A stretch of DNA of 64,000 nucleotides from NCBI GenBank assembly GCA_963729675.1, contig CAVSOV010000014.1:162181-226180 (forward strand). The letters are read 5' to 3'. A program made the translations under genes and the position numbers. The notes beneath the pieces are model-generated. The model was given only the letters and a program-made list of their open reading frames with translations, was not told the origin of the DNA and searched no databases. Origin of the DNA: an uncultured Acidobacteriaceae bacterium (GTDB taxonomy: Bacteria; Acidobacteriota; Terriglobia; Terriglobales; Acidobacteriaceae). Within the stretch, counting starts at the first letter, position 1. The number at the start of each line of letters is the position of its first letter. Positions 11,740-23,219 of the stretch are shown here, one piece after another.

Positions 11740-14700
11740 ATGCAACTGTTCAGATTGCGGAGCGTCTTGTCGTCGCTCCTATTCGTGTTTGTCCTTGGCT
11801 TTACCGTGGGATCCGCCTACGCGGTCGACGTCAATGCCCGCATCAAGGGAACCGTGACCGATCCGTCGGGAGCCGTTGTTCCCGGTGCCTCCGTGATCGC
11901 CACCAACACGGCGACCGGCGTCAAGTATCCCAGCAAGTCGAACGCCTCAGGTGATTACCTCTTTCCTCAGCTCCCCGTCGGCACCTACAGCATCACGGTT
12001 AGCGCCCCCGGCTTCAAGGGCTTCACCGCCACCGGCATCACCCTGACCATCGACCAGGAGTACGTCGAGCCCGTCAAGCTTGAGGTCGGCAACACCACCG
12101 AGACCCTCGAGGTCGCCGCTGACGCCGTCCAGGTCAACACGACCGACATGCAGTTGAGCAACATCGTCAACTCCCAGCAGATGGTTGAGTTGCCCCTCAT
12201 CGGCCGCAACTTCACAGGCCTCGAGCTGATCGAGCCCGGCGTGCAAGCCTCCAGCGACCGCTTCGGTTCCTTCTCCGTAAGCGGAGCTGAGACTCAGCAG
12301 TCGTCGTTCCTCATCAATGGCGCCGACACCAACGATTTGGCCCTCAATACACAGGTTCTGAGCCCGAACCTGGACGCGATCGACCAGTTCGCCCTGATCG
12401 ATGGTCCCCTGAATGCCGAGTACGACCGCAACTCGGGCGGCATCGTTTCCGCCACCATCAAGCAGGGCACCAACCACATTCATGGTGACGCCTTCGAGTT
12501 CTATCGCGACACCTTCCTGAACACCGCCAACTTCTTCCAGACGACCACCACCAACGGCCGGTTCATCGACAAGACCGTGACGACCTACCACCAGAACATC
12601 TTTGGCGGCACGCATCGGTGCACCGATTTGGCGGGACAAGATCTTCGCCTTTGGCGCCTACCAGGGCACTCGTCAAGTCGTTCCTGGTTCAAACGGTGGC
12701 GGCAATGCCACGGTCTTCACCCCTGCCCAGCGAGGTGGCGACTTCTCCGCTGACGTGACCGGGACCAATCCTGCCAGACTACACCTTTGCTACGGCCGCC
12801 ACAATTCCGGCCTCCTTCCACTCTCTGCAAGCTGCCCGGGTGCCCGGTCACCTGGGGAGACTGTCATCACCGCACAACGGAGGCAAATTCAACTCCGCGC
12901 GACTTCAACCCGATTGCAGTCAAGCTCCTCAGCACATATGTTCCTCTGCCAAACAGCGGCAGCGAACGGGTATGTCTTCAACTCGACCAGCAAGACCACG
13001 GCGGACCAGTACATCGGACGTCTTGACTTCAATTTCGGTCCGAAGAATCAGGTCACGTTCGTTGGTATCTACCATAAGCAGTCTGTCATCTCGAACATCC
13101 CATTTACCGGTGCATCCTTGCCGGGATTCGACGAGGATGACGCTGAGCACATCCAGCAGTACACGGTTGACTATGTACGCCAGTTCAGCACCACGCTGGT
13201 CAACGACTTCGGCGTCCACTACACCCGCTTCAACTATGCGGCCGTCAACCCGCTGAACCCCATCGCCCCGTCGACATTCGGGTTCGCCATCAACCCGCAG
13301 ATCACCTCCGGCCAGAGCCTGCCGCTTATCCAGACCGGTTACTTCAATCTGGGCTTCTAGCAACAACGGTCCTCAGCCCCGCATCGATCAGGTGTATCAG
13401 CTCGACGACAACATCTCCAAGACGCATGGCCACCACCAGTTCAAGTTCGGATATGACGGCCGGAAGTTCGGGGTCTCAAATCCCTTCGGCGCGAACAACA
13501 ACGGGACCTATAGTCCTATGGCGGTGCCTACAGCTCTGGCGATCCTGGCCTGGACTTCCTCCTCGGAAATCCGGGGAGCTACACCCAGGGCTCCGGCGCT
13601 CAGATCATCGCCAGCGCGTATCTCAACTACATGTACGCCCAGGACAACTGGAAAGCCACTAAACACGTTGACGATTAGCTACGGTCTTGGCTATCAGATC
13701 GACACCACTCTTCAACAACAAGCAGTACGGTGGCGAGGCCATTGTCTGTCTCATTCCCGGCCAGCAGTCGAAGATCTTCCCGTCAGCGCCTCCGAGCATC
13801 ATCTACCCGGGCGATCCTGGTTGCACAAACTCCGGCCAGGCCTACACGCGTTTCGGAGACCTCGGTCCGCGCTTCGGCTTCGCTTGGTCTCCTGACCTCG
13901 GCTGGCTCTCCGGCGCTCCTGGCAAGTTCTCGGTCCGCGGCGGTTTCGGCATCTACTACAACCGCAGTGAAGAAGAGACCTCGCTCAACAATCTTGCAAC
14001 ACCGCCGTTTGGCCTGAGCTCGGCTGGCGCAAAACAATACAACTGTGAACGGTGCTCCGGGATTCGCCAAACCCATATCGTGGACACCACGAATAACAAC
14101 CCCGGGAACTCCCGGCTCGGCTACAACTCCTTACAAGAACCAGTTCCCGTTCGCCTTCCCGACTCCAGGGTCTTCGCCGGACTTCACTCAGTTTGAGCCA
14201 GGGCCCTCAGCACCTACGGTCCCAACCTTCCGGTCGCCGTACTCTGAGAACTTCCAGTTGTCGGTGGAGCGCGAGTTCCCGGCGCGCATCGTGGCCCGGC
14301 TCAGCTACGTGGGATCGCTTGGTCGTCATAACCAGATCGTTACCGAAGGGAACTATGTCACGCCGGCAGGCCACGCGGCCTGCCTTGCCGAACAAGATCT
14401 GCTCAAGCCTCCGGACAGCGAGTACCGCGACGCTCAGAACTACTACTTCCCTGCACACACCGTGGCTGGGAACCAGATGCTCCAGGACGGCGCGCCGGCA
14501 TTCCCAGCCATCGATCTGGTTGGGGCTGAAGGATCGTCGAACTACAACGCCCTTCAGGTCAGCTGCAGAAGGCTCCGACTCACGGCCTCAGCTTCCAGCT
14601 CAGCTACACCTACTCGCACGCGCTGGACAACGCTTCGAGCTATGAGAACGCCGGTTATGGCGGTCGAGCGCGGCTACAACCAGTTCCAGCCTGCGCTCAA

Positions 14701-15357
14701 CTACGGTGACTCTCAATATGACGCGCGTCAGCGTTTCGTCTTTGCGCCTATCTACATCACCCCGCAGCTCCACGGTGGTTCTCCTGGTACTCGCCCATGA
14801 ACCTGGCCCTCTCTGGCTGGCAGATCAGCGGGATCACGACCTTGGCGACGGGCTTCCCCTTCGATACCGCCTATAACGGCGGCTCATCCAACGCTGAATG
14901 GTACCCCGCCGGATTCTCCTACTATGCCGGCCCGGATGAGCCCAACAGCACCGCGCCAGCTCACCCGTGGAAACCCCAGAACCTTCGCCACCGGTCACGG
15001 CAACAGGACAACCTGGTACACGGGTATCGCCAACACGTTCTCTGTGGCTCCTCTCGGCCGTTTGGAAACGCAGCCCGCAACACCTTCCACGGACCTGGAA
15101 TCAACAACACCAACATGATCCTCGCCAAGAACTTCAATCTAACTGCGGACGGCGCTCGCAGACTGCAGATCCGTATGGAAAGCGATAACGTCTTCAACCA
15201 CACTCAGTTCTCGAATCCGACCAGCGCTTTCGGAACCCAGCAGCTGAGCACGAGCGGCACTTACTCCACGGGGCTGACGTCAGGCAATTCGGGTCTGATC
15301 TCCGCGTCAGCCGCAGCCGCCCGCCAGACACAGCTTGCTGCGAAGTTCTACTTCTAA
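11740..15357 (+). CDS. TonB-dependent receptor, tandem paralog 2, multiply frameshifted
   Basis: Same N- and C-terminal motifs as receptor 1 (AYAVDVNARIKGTVTDPSG...; ARQTQLAAKFYF), spread over ORFs 11728..12753, 12602..13360, 13392..13895, 13687..14196, 14045..14800 and 14797..15357. Confidence 0.85.
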
Positions 15358-15383
15358 CTTCTCACCAACACCCACAACACTTC

Positions 15384-15410
15384 AGGGGCGCCTTCGGGCG
15401 CCCCTTTTCT
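15384..15410 (+). terminator. Intrinsic terminator
   Basis: AGGGGCGCC-TTCG-GGCGCCCCT followed by TTTCT. Confidence 0.8.
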
Positions 15411-15493
15411 CTGCCTGTAACTTATTCATTCTGCGTCGCGTACACGCCATGGCACCTGCTCACGAAGACCGCGCAAAACGCCTATAATAGCTA

Positions 15494-18440
15494 GTGACGA
15501 TGCCTGACGATCAGAACCAGCTCCCCCTCGGCTCCAACCCTAACGATCCCCCCTCGGCGCAGGACGCCAACTCCAACAACCCGCCCCCCGGCGGCTCTGG
15601 CGGAGACGGCCCCGGTGCGCCCACCGGCCCCGGAGCCCTGCAGCTTCTGCCCATCAACATCGAGGAGGAGATGCGCCGCTCCTACCTCGACTACTCCATG
15701 TCGGTCATCATCGGCCGCGCCCTGCCTGACGCCCGCGACGGCCTCAAGCCCGTGCATCGCCGCGTCCTCTACGGCATGCAGGAGATGGGCCTCCAGTTCA
15801 ACAAGAAGTACACCAAGTCCGCGAAGGTCGTCGGCCACGTGATGGGCAACTACCACCCGCACGGCGACTCCGCCATCTACGACACGATGGTCCGCCTCGC
15901 GCAGCCCTTCTCGCTCCGCTATCCGCTCATCGATGGCCAGGGCAACTTCGGCTCCGTCGACGGCGACCCACCCGCCGCCATGCGCTACACCGAGTCGCGC
16001 ATGATGCGCCTGGCTGGAGAGATGTTGGCGGACATCGACTCCGACACCGTCGACTTCGTTCCCAACTACGACGAGTCCACCACCGAGCCCTCGGTCCTGC
16101 CTGCGCGCTTCCCCAATCTCATCGTCAACGGCAGCACCGGCATCGCCGTCGGCATGGCGACGAACATCCCGCCGCACAACTTCACCGAAGTCCTCAACGC
16201 CACCATCGCCCTCATCCAGAAAGAGAAGGGCGAAACCAAGTCCGACCTCGAGATGGTCCTCGAGTACGTCAAGGGTCCCGACTTCCCCACCGGCGGCTAC
16301 CTCTACGGCCGCGGCAATCTCGCGCAGACCTACAAGACCGGCCGTGGCCGCTTCATCGTGCGCGCCAAGTGCGGCCTCGAGCAGATCACCGGCGGCCGCC
16401 AGGCCATCATCACCACCGAGATTCCGTACCAGGTCAACAAATCAAACCTCATCAAGCGCATCGCCGAGCTCGTCAACGACAAGGTCATCGACGACATCTC
16501 CGACGTGCGCGACGAGTCCGACCGCGACGGCATGCGCATCGTCATCGAGCTCAAGCGCGGCGCACAGCATGAGATCGTCCTCAACCAGCTCTACAAGCAC
16601 ACCCAGATGCAAGAGAGCTTCTCGATGATCTTCCTGGCCGTGCACAACAATCAGCCCAAGGAGCTCTCGCTCCCCGCGGCCATCCACGCCTTCATCGACC
16701 ACCGCATCGACGTCGTCCGCCGCCGCACCGCCTTCCTCCTCAACAAGGCCCGCGAGCGCGAGCACATTCTGCTCGGCTACCAGATCGCGCTCGACCACCT
16801 CGACAACGTCATCAAGATCATCCGCCAGTCGTCCTCCCGCGCCGACGCTCGCGAGAACCTCTTCCAGTTCTTCTCCAACCGCACCATCAACCTTCGCGGC
16901 ACCGAGCTCAAGGGCGTCAAGCTCAACCCCAGCAAGTACGACATCGACCTCGCCGGCGGCAGCGTCTCCGCGCAGCTCGCCAGGCAACACCGCCGGCACG
17001 CTGATCCTCAGCTACCGCCAGATCGACGCCATCCTCGAACTGCAGCTCTACCGCCTCACCCAGCTCTCCATCGACGAGCTCCTCAACGAGCTCCGCGCCG
17101 TCCGCGACAACATCGCCGAGTACGAAGTCCATCCTCGCCAGCGAGAAAGCAACTCCGCAAAGTCATCATCAAGGAGCTCGAAGACATCCGCGACAAGTAC
17201 GGCGACGCACGCCGCACCGCCATCATCGACGAGTCCGCCGAGCTCACCCTCGAGGACCTCATCGCCGACGAGCAGGTCGCCGTCACCGTCTCCAACACCG
17301 GCTACCTCAAGCGCACGCCCATCTCCACCTACCGCCAGCAGCGCCGCGGCGGCACCGGCCGCATGGGCATGAAGACCCGCGAGGAAGACTTCGTCTCGCA
17401 GCTCATCATCGACTCCACGCACGCCTATCTGCTCTGCTTCACCAACACCGGCCGCGTCTACTGGCTCAAGGTCTACGAGATCCCCGACGTCGGCGCCGCC
17501 GGCAAGGGCAAGGCCATGGCCTCGCTCGTCGACCTCCAGCCCGGCGAGAAGGTCGTCACCATCCTCCCCGTCCGCGACCTCGAAGAGGCCTCCAAGTACG
17601 TCCTCTTCGCCACCCGCAACGGCACCGTCAAGAAGACCGCACTCAAGGACTTCTCCAACGTCATGGCCCGCGGCATCATCGCCATCGGCATCGACAAGGA
17701 CGACGAGCTCGTCACCGCCCGCATGACCGACGGCGAGCAGGTCATCTTCCTCGCCACGCACGACGGCATGGCCATCCGCTTCGACGAGCGCGACCTCCGC
17801 GCCATGGGCCGCCCGGCCTTCGGCAACCGCGGCATCTCGCTCAAGAAGGGCGACTACGTCATCGGCGCCGCCGTCACGCCCTCCAACGACGCCCGCAACA
17901 AGGCCCGCCTCGCCCGCGCCGCCGCCGCCGGCCTCGCCGCCCAGGTCCAGAGGGCCATCGACGAAGCCGCCGACTCCGCCGCCGCTGCGCCGCTCTCGCT
18001 CGCCGAGGCCGACGACACCACCGCCGCGCCCGAGCTCTCCCCCGAAGCCGCCGCCAAGCTCGCAGAAGCTCGACGAGAAGCTCGGCCTCACCCCCTGCCT
18101 CATCCTCACCGTCTCCGAGAACGGCTACGGCAAGCGCACCGACGTCGACGCCTACCGCCTGCAGTCGCGCGGCGGCAAGGGCGTCATCAACATGAAGGCC
18201 AACTCCAAGGTCGGCAAAGTCGTCAGCATCCAGCTCGTCGACGACACCACCGAGATGATGGTCATCAGCCAGTTCGGCAAGATCATCCGCATCGACACCA
18301 AGAGCGTCCGCGCCGCCGGCCGCTCCACCTCCGGCGTCCGCCTCTTGAATCTCGAGTCCGACGACAAGGTCGCCAGCGCCACCGTCATCCCACCCGAAGA
18401 CCCAAAAACCAACGGCGAAAACGGCACGCTCGTGCAGTAG
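15494..18440 (+). CDS. gyrA: DNA gyrase subunit A (apparent frameshifts at ~16980, ~17130, ~18070)
   Basis: '[28 protein letters not shown]', '[11 protein letters not shown]', catalytic 'AAMRYTE', GyrA-box 'QRRGGTG', beta-pinwheel repeats; C-terminus in ORF 18192..18440. Confidence 0.97.
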
Positions 18441-18453
18441 TCGGTTTCGCTAA

Positions 18454-18550
18454 GGGCACGCTTCAGCCGCTTTGAAGGGGCGGGGCTTTAGCCCCGCCGT
18501 CCAGACCCCTCCTATAAACACCAAAGGCTCGGGCTTCAGCCCGAGCCTTT
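18454..18550. repeat. Cluster of REP-like palindromes, last one probably a bidirectional terminator between gyrA and darG
   Basis: GGCGGGGC-TTTA-GCCCCGCC and AAAGGCTCGGGC-TTCA-GCCCGAGCCTTT, plus a degenerate GGGCACGCTTCAGCC copy. Confidence 0.65.
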
Positions 18551-18582
18551 TCGCGTAGTCAAGGGCGAACCTTACAGCCCGT

Positions 18583-19632
18583 CTAGAGCCAGCCTTCCTC
18601 GGCCAGCCGGTCCCATGCTTTAGCGATGTGCTGCGGTTTAAATCTTTCTTTCTTTCTTAGATTCCAAGCCTGTATCTGCACGGCTGCTTGCTCAGCTGAC
18701 CGGGCTCTCGATCCGAACGTATCCAGCCCCCGAGTTCCTACCCAGTGCGCAGTCGCGAGCAACTCCATTCCGTAGGGCGTCTCGAATCCCTCTATTAGAG
18801 CTCCCACTCGATTCAGCCGTTCCGAGGATCCGCCTTCATCAGAAGATAGGAACTTCTCAGCTTCGCCCGTTGCTCCGTCCATAAGCACAAGTTCAGCGTC
18901 AGGCCTTTGACTATCGCCAAGACCTCTAATGAAGTGTCCTTCCATAACTTGTAGAACCTTATTCAAATTCTTAGCGAAAGGTCCGTAGTGTCCCTGCTCA
19001 TAGGAAAGCCTAAGCGGCTGGCCAGCCTCCTGAAGAAAGTACGCAAGCTTCTGCACCTCTAACAGAGAGCGGCTGTAGCCCAGAGCCGAATACATATCCA
19101 TCAACCTGATAACCAGCGCACGTGCAGCAGTCATCTTTGGGCGTGTCGTATGGACCGGCATGCTCTTAGCCGGCGGCGCACCCTTCGGCGCATAAAGATC
19201 TACAGTCACATCCGGAACTGCGGCGAACGCACGTTCGATGCGCGGTCTGACCGTACCCCAATCGAGTCCGCCCAAACCGCAACCCAAGGGGGGAACCGAA
19301 ATGCTCGTGATTCCCAACTCCCGCACCGTGTCGATAAGAGCAATCAAGCCGGTATCTATATCCTCTAAGCGAGAATTGCCTTTCCAATGACGCTTGGTAG
19401 GGAAGTTGATAATGAAATGCGGCTTCCTTATGGCTCCATTGTCGAAAACGGTCATCTTTCCTGGGACAACGTCACCTCGCCTGCATTGCGCTTCGTAAAA
19501 TGTGAAGTTAGCGGGGAATGCTTGCTTGAACTGCAATGCAATTCCTTTGCCCATAAAACCGACACAGTTCACCGTGTTCACAACCGCGTCGGTTTCCGCA
19601 TGCAGTAGGTTGCCTTCAACTAAACGGATCAT
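18583..19632 (-). CDS. darG: DarG antitoxin, macrodomain DNA ADP-ribosyl glycohydrolase
   Basis: 'MIRLVEGNLL..DAVVNTVNCVGFMGKGIALQFK', 'IINFPTKRHW', 'PPLGCGLGGL', DarG C-terminal 'LEVQKLAYFLQ..YGP..GFETPYGMELLAT'; directly downstream of darT. Confidence 0.92.
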   Translation of the reverse strand: MIRLVEGNLLHAETDAVVNTVNCVGFMGKGIALQFKQAFPANFTFYEAQCRRGDVVPGKMTVFDNGAIRKPHFIINFPTKRHWKGNSRLEDIDTGLIALIDTVRELGITSISVPPLGCGLGGLDWGTVRPRIERAFAAVPDVTVDLYAPKGAPPAKSMPVHTTRPKMTAARALVIRLMDMYSALGYSRSLLEVQKLAYFLQEAGQPLRLSYEQGHYGPFAKNLNKVLQVMEGHFIRGLGDSQRPDAELVLMDGATGEAEKFLSSDEGGSSERLNRVGALIEGFETPYGMELLATAHWVGTRGLDTFGSRARSAEQAAVQIQAWNLRKKERFKPQHIAKAWDRLAEEGWL

Positions 19633-19642
19633 CGCTTCGCTC

Positions 19643-20290
19643 TCATGAGTAATACCAAGTAGGGTCAACGTGAACTGTTGGCTGATGCACATGGGGATAC
19701 GCTTCCAACATCCTTAACACCTTGGCCTTGACGTTTTGGTTTAGTACTACGATTTCCTCGACCAGTTCCCAAGGTACGAAATTCTTGATCAAGAATTCGG
19801 CTTGCTTACGACGCTTGCGATCGCCGTCAGCTGCGTTGTCGGCCCAATAGGTCTGATTCACCATTCCCCAATCGACTTGGTCGAGATCCTTTAGGTCGTC
19901 GAACCAACTAGTGTAATACGCCAATCCGTGCCCATCTGTGAACACGAAATCGTGACGATTCGCCTCGACGGATTGCGCGGTTAGCTTCAAGTAGATGATG
20001 GGCGCTTGCCCCTCTGTATACCCGTCTACCCGATCGGTCTTCAACTGCAAAAGCATCACAGACTTTCGTCCGAAATAGAACGGCACGTAATCGTGGCAGG
20101 TACCCCCGGTGCCACACGGGACTACATGGTTATGACGGGACGCCTGCACAGAAGTACTGTGTATGGTCCTTACGACTAGACCATCCTTCGGCTCCGCATT
20201 CGGCGAATATAGACCTCCGCGTCGCAGGAACACTTCCAGATTGGCTATATGCACGATCCGATAGATCGGCGTCGGAAACGGTGTTGGCAT
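19643..20290 (-). CDS. darT: DarT toxin (DUF4433), ssDNA ADP-ribosyltransferase
   Basis: 'IYRIVHIANL', 'HDYVPFYF...SVML', 'FVFTDGHG', catalytic 'KQAEFL'. Confidence 0.92.
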   Translation of the reverse strand: MPTPFPTPIYRIVHIANLEVFLRRGGLYSPNAEPKDGLVVRTIHSTSVQASRHNHVVPCGTGGTCHDYVPFYFGRKSVMLLQLKTDRVDGYTEGQAPIIYLKLTAQSVEANRHDFVFTDGHGLAYYTSWFDDLKDLDQVDWGMVNQTYWADNAADGDRKRRKQAEFLIKNFVPWELVEEIVVLNQNVKAKVLRMLEAYPHVHQPTVHVDPTWYYS

Positions 20291-20490
20291 CGAAGTTTGC
20301 CCATCAGATTACCCTTATCCAAGGGCCTACGGATTATTATCTCAAAATACGAACAAAGAGCGAAACTAAGACGATCATCGGGATACCAGGCCTGCCGAAG
20401 GCTGGAGTGGAGCGAAGTGCAGCCCCTAAGCGCAGCCGAATGGGCTGAATTGCCTTCCTTTCAGTGAGGCAATAAACCCGTCCTCCCGCT

Positions 20491-21314
20491 TTACTTCTTC
20501 TCCAGCTGCTTCTTCAGATGTTTCGCGCAGTTACTGGCCCAGCCTTGATAGATGTAACCCTCAGCCAGTCCCTGATCCACTCGCTTGAACGTACAGTCGA
20601 ACACCGGCTTGCCCGTACGAGCGTCGATGATCGAAATGTTTCCTCCGCCGTGAGTGTCCAGGACCATCCCGGTTATCCACCCCGGTCTCTTCACACGCGC
20701 ACCGCCAGACACCAGGAAATCGGCCTTCGCGGGCTCATCCACGACCACAACGGGCACCTTCTTCTTGAGGAACGCGTCAGACACAAACTGCTCAAATCCA
20801 TTCATCGGCGAGATGAAGAGCTTTGCCCCGGGCGCAAATACAGCCGCCGATGGAGCGGCGAGAACAGCACCCACACTCTCGGTGGTCGTATCAGTGGAAG
20901 GTGTGGACGCGGTCGGGGATGCGTCGACGGTGTCGACGCTTCACTTTCAGCTTCCGGCTTCGCAGCGTCCGGCTTGGCGGACTCACCTCCGGCCGCCGCC
21001 TGCGGAGTTGGAACTGCCTGCTGAGCCGGGGCCGTCTCCTGAGCCGGAGCCGTCACTTGAACCGGAGCTGTCTGCTGAGTCGGAGCCGTCTCCTGAACCG
21101 GAGCTGTCTGCTGAACCGGAGCCGTCTGCTGAGCTGGGGCCGTCTCTTGAACCGGAGCCGTCTGCTGAACCGGAGCCGTCTGCTGAGCCGGAGCTGTCTG
21201 CGGAGAAGTAGCCGTCTGCTGAACGGGGGCCGTCGGCTCAGTCGGAGCCGTCTGCGCGAGCGATGTGGAACTCAACATAAGGAGCACCGCAAGAAGGCTT
21301 GAAGCAGCTTTCAT
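20491..21314 (-). CDS. Secreted protein with low-complexity QQTAPV-type repeats, frameshifted ~20880-20930
   Basis: Signal peptide MKAASSLLAVLLMLSSTSLAQ, repeat region, globular C-terminal domain in ORF 20491..20874. Confidence 0.65.
21017..21255 (-). repeat. Coding tandem repeat, 18-bp unit (QQTAPV/QETAPA)
   Basis: About a dozen imperfect copies of CAGCAGACGGCTCCGGTT on the minus strand. Confidence 0.85.
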
Positions 21315-21457
21315 GTGCACCTCGCATGCGAAATCAGCGGAAGGTTATGCCAGTTCGTCCGCCGATACAACACAACTTCTGGGGAGCCCCTGAATGGGCA
21401 AACGACTGAATTGCATTTGCAGGTTGGGATCACACGTCTAACTCGGCGGAGCCCAAC

Positions 21458-21910
21458 ATGATCCGCACGACCCTCCTGATCGCCGCTGCAGTCACCCTCA
21501 TCCCCGTCGGCGCGAGCGCGCAGTCTCCCTGCAGCCTCCTCACCCCGGACCAGATCAAGGCTGTCCTCAACTCGCCCGTCGACCCCGGCCAGCCCGGCGT
21601 CGCCAAGGACTCCAACGACTGCACCTGGAGCGACCCCCGAGGCGAGGACCGCGTCTATATTGCCCTCCAGCCGCGCACCGCTTTCCAAACCACCCGCTCC
21701 CAGATCGAGAAGGCCGGCGGCCACCCCACCTCTGTCACCGGCGTCGGTGAGGACGCCTTCTTTGTCTCGTCCGGCGACTCCTCCTGCGCTCTCTACGTCC
21801 TCGCCAAAAACCACCTCATGCTTCTCACCGTAAACGGCCCCAACGCCAGCCAGGAGCAGAACCAAGCCTTCGAAAAGACCCTCGCCACCCAAATCCTCCC
21901 CCAGCTCTGA
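21458..21910 (+). CDS. Secreted DUF3558-like protein, paralog 1
   Basis: Signal peptide; 'PCSLLTPDQIKAVL', 'DCTW', 'VTGVGEDAFF'. Confidence 0.65.
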   Translation: MIRTTLLIAAAVTLIPVGASAQSPCSLLTPDQIKAVLNSPVDPGQPGVAKDSNDCTWSDPRGEDRVYIALQPRTAFQTTRSQIEKAGGHPTSVTGVGEDAFFVSSGDSSCALYVLAKNHLMLLTVNGPNASQEQNQAFEKTLATQILPQL

Positions 21911-21947
21911 CCCAGAAATCGTGCGGCAATGCATCTAACCTCTCAAT

Positions 21948-22391
21948 ATGATCCGCACGACTCTCTTGATCGCCGCAGCCACCCTCTTCACCGCCGCCGC
22001 GCACGCGCAAGACCCCTGCAGCCTCCTCACCCCCGACCAGATCAAGGCCGTCCTCAGCGTGCCCGTGAACCCCGGCCAGCCCGGCGGCACCAAAGACTCC
22101 CCCGACTGCACCTGGAAGGACGCCAAGGGTGAGGACCGGGTCTATGTCAGCCTGAAATCGCGCGACACCTTCAACGTCACCCGCGCCCAGATGGCCGGCC
22201 GCATCTCGTCCGTCACCGGCGTCGGCGAGGATGCCTTCTTCGTCACCTCGCCCGCCGGCTCCACGGCCTACCTCTACGCCCTCGGCACGCACCACCTCCT
22301 GCTCCTTCAGGCCAACATCCCCAACGCCACCCGCCAGGACAACGAAGCCGCCGAAAAGGCCCTCGCCACCGAAATCCTCCCCAAACTCTGA
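21948..22391 (+). CDS. Secreted DUF3558-like protein, paralog 2
   Basis: Clear tandem paralog with the same motifs. Confidence 0.65.
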   Translation: MIRTTLLIAAATLFTAAAHAQDPCSLLTPDQIKAVLSVPVNPGQPGGTKDSPDCTWKDAKGEDRVYVSLKSRDTFNVTRAQMAGRISSVTGVGEDAFFVTSPAGSTAYLYALGTHHLLLLQANIPNATRQDNEAAEKALATEILPKL

Positions 22392-22652
22392 GCGCGGAAA
22401 CGGAGTAGAGTCTCGACGGGGAAAAGTGACCCCCTACCCGTTAACTCCCCTGAATGGAAGACTTTGCCGATAAGTATCTGATTCCAGAGACTTTGCCGAG
22501 CCGCGACAATGAAGTCCACCCCTAACTCGAATCGGCTGAAGACTTTGCGCACATTTCGGTGGGGGAGGGGTGCCAGCACCGCAACTCGTCACAGCCACGC
22601 ACCCGTTCACCACTTTTCTGATTCCGCGTTCTTCTCACCGCTACAATTCGGC

Positions 22653-23213
22653 ATGCGCAAACCCCTCTTTGTCGCAGCCCTCCTTCTCCTCACTCCGCTC
22701 GCCTTCGCCCAGCAGCAGAAGCCTCAGCCCATGAACCTGCGCGAGGTCCTGCTCAAGCAGCTCCATTCCACCCACGACAAGGCCGAGTGGTTTGTTCCCC
22801 TCGACACCGCCGTCGCCAACCTCACCCCCGACCAGGTCCGCTGGGTCCCCAAGTCCAACGCCCAGATGCACTCCGTCGCCCAGCTCGTCGCCCACCTCGT
22901 CTACTGGAACGAGAACGCCCTCGCCACCCTCCACGGCCAGAAGCCGGCCCCCTACTCCGGCAACAACGAAGACACCTTCGTCGGCTACGACGTAAACAAA
23001 ATCACTCCGGCTGAGTGGACCGCGCTGGTCGCGCGCCTCGACCGCTGTCTCACCGGCCTGGAGCAGTGGGTGCAGTCTGCCTCCGACGCCGACCTCGCCA
23101 AAGGCGCGAACACCATCGCCCACGTCGGCACCCACAACGCCTACCACACCGGCGAGATCGTCTACGTCCGCAAGCTTCAGGGCTCGTGGGACCCAAGCAA
23201 AGGCGTCAAGTAG
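22653..23213 (+). CDS. DinB/YfiT-family protein with signal peptide
   Basis: 'HSVAQLVAHLVYWN' and 'HNAYHTGEIVYVRKLQG' His motifs. Confidence 0.8.
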   Translation: MRKPLFVAALLLLTPLAFAQQQKPQPMNLREVLLKQLHSTHDKAEWFVPLDTAVANLTPDQVRWVPKSNAQMHSVAQLVAHLVYWNENALATLHGQKPAPYSGNNEDTFVGYDVNKITPAEWTALVARLDRCLTGLEQWVQSASDADLAKGANTIAHVGTHNAYHTGEIVYVRKLQGSWDPSKGVK

Positions 23214-23219
23214 CGTCGT

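Noticed and set aside
15494-18440. Frameshifts in gyrA, mutS2, terL, TonB receptors and the fibre-like gene as pseudogenes or programmed frameshifts
   Set aside because: They occur throughout, including in essential gyrA, often at homopolymers, which is typical of long-read indel errors. They also cannot be used as evidence that the phage-like cluster is decayed.
21017-21255. Tandem repeats as a CRISPR array
   Set aside because: 18-bp head-to-tail coding repeats without unique spacers, and no cas genes nearby.
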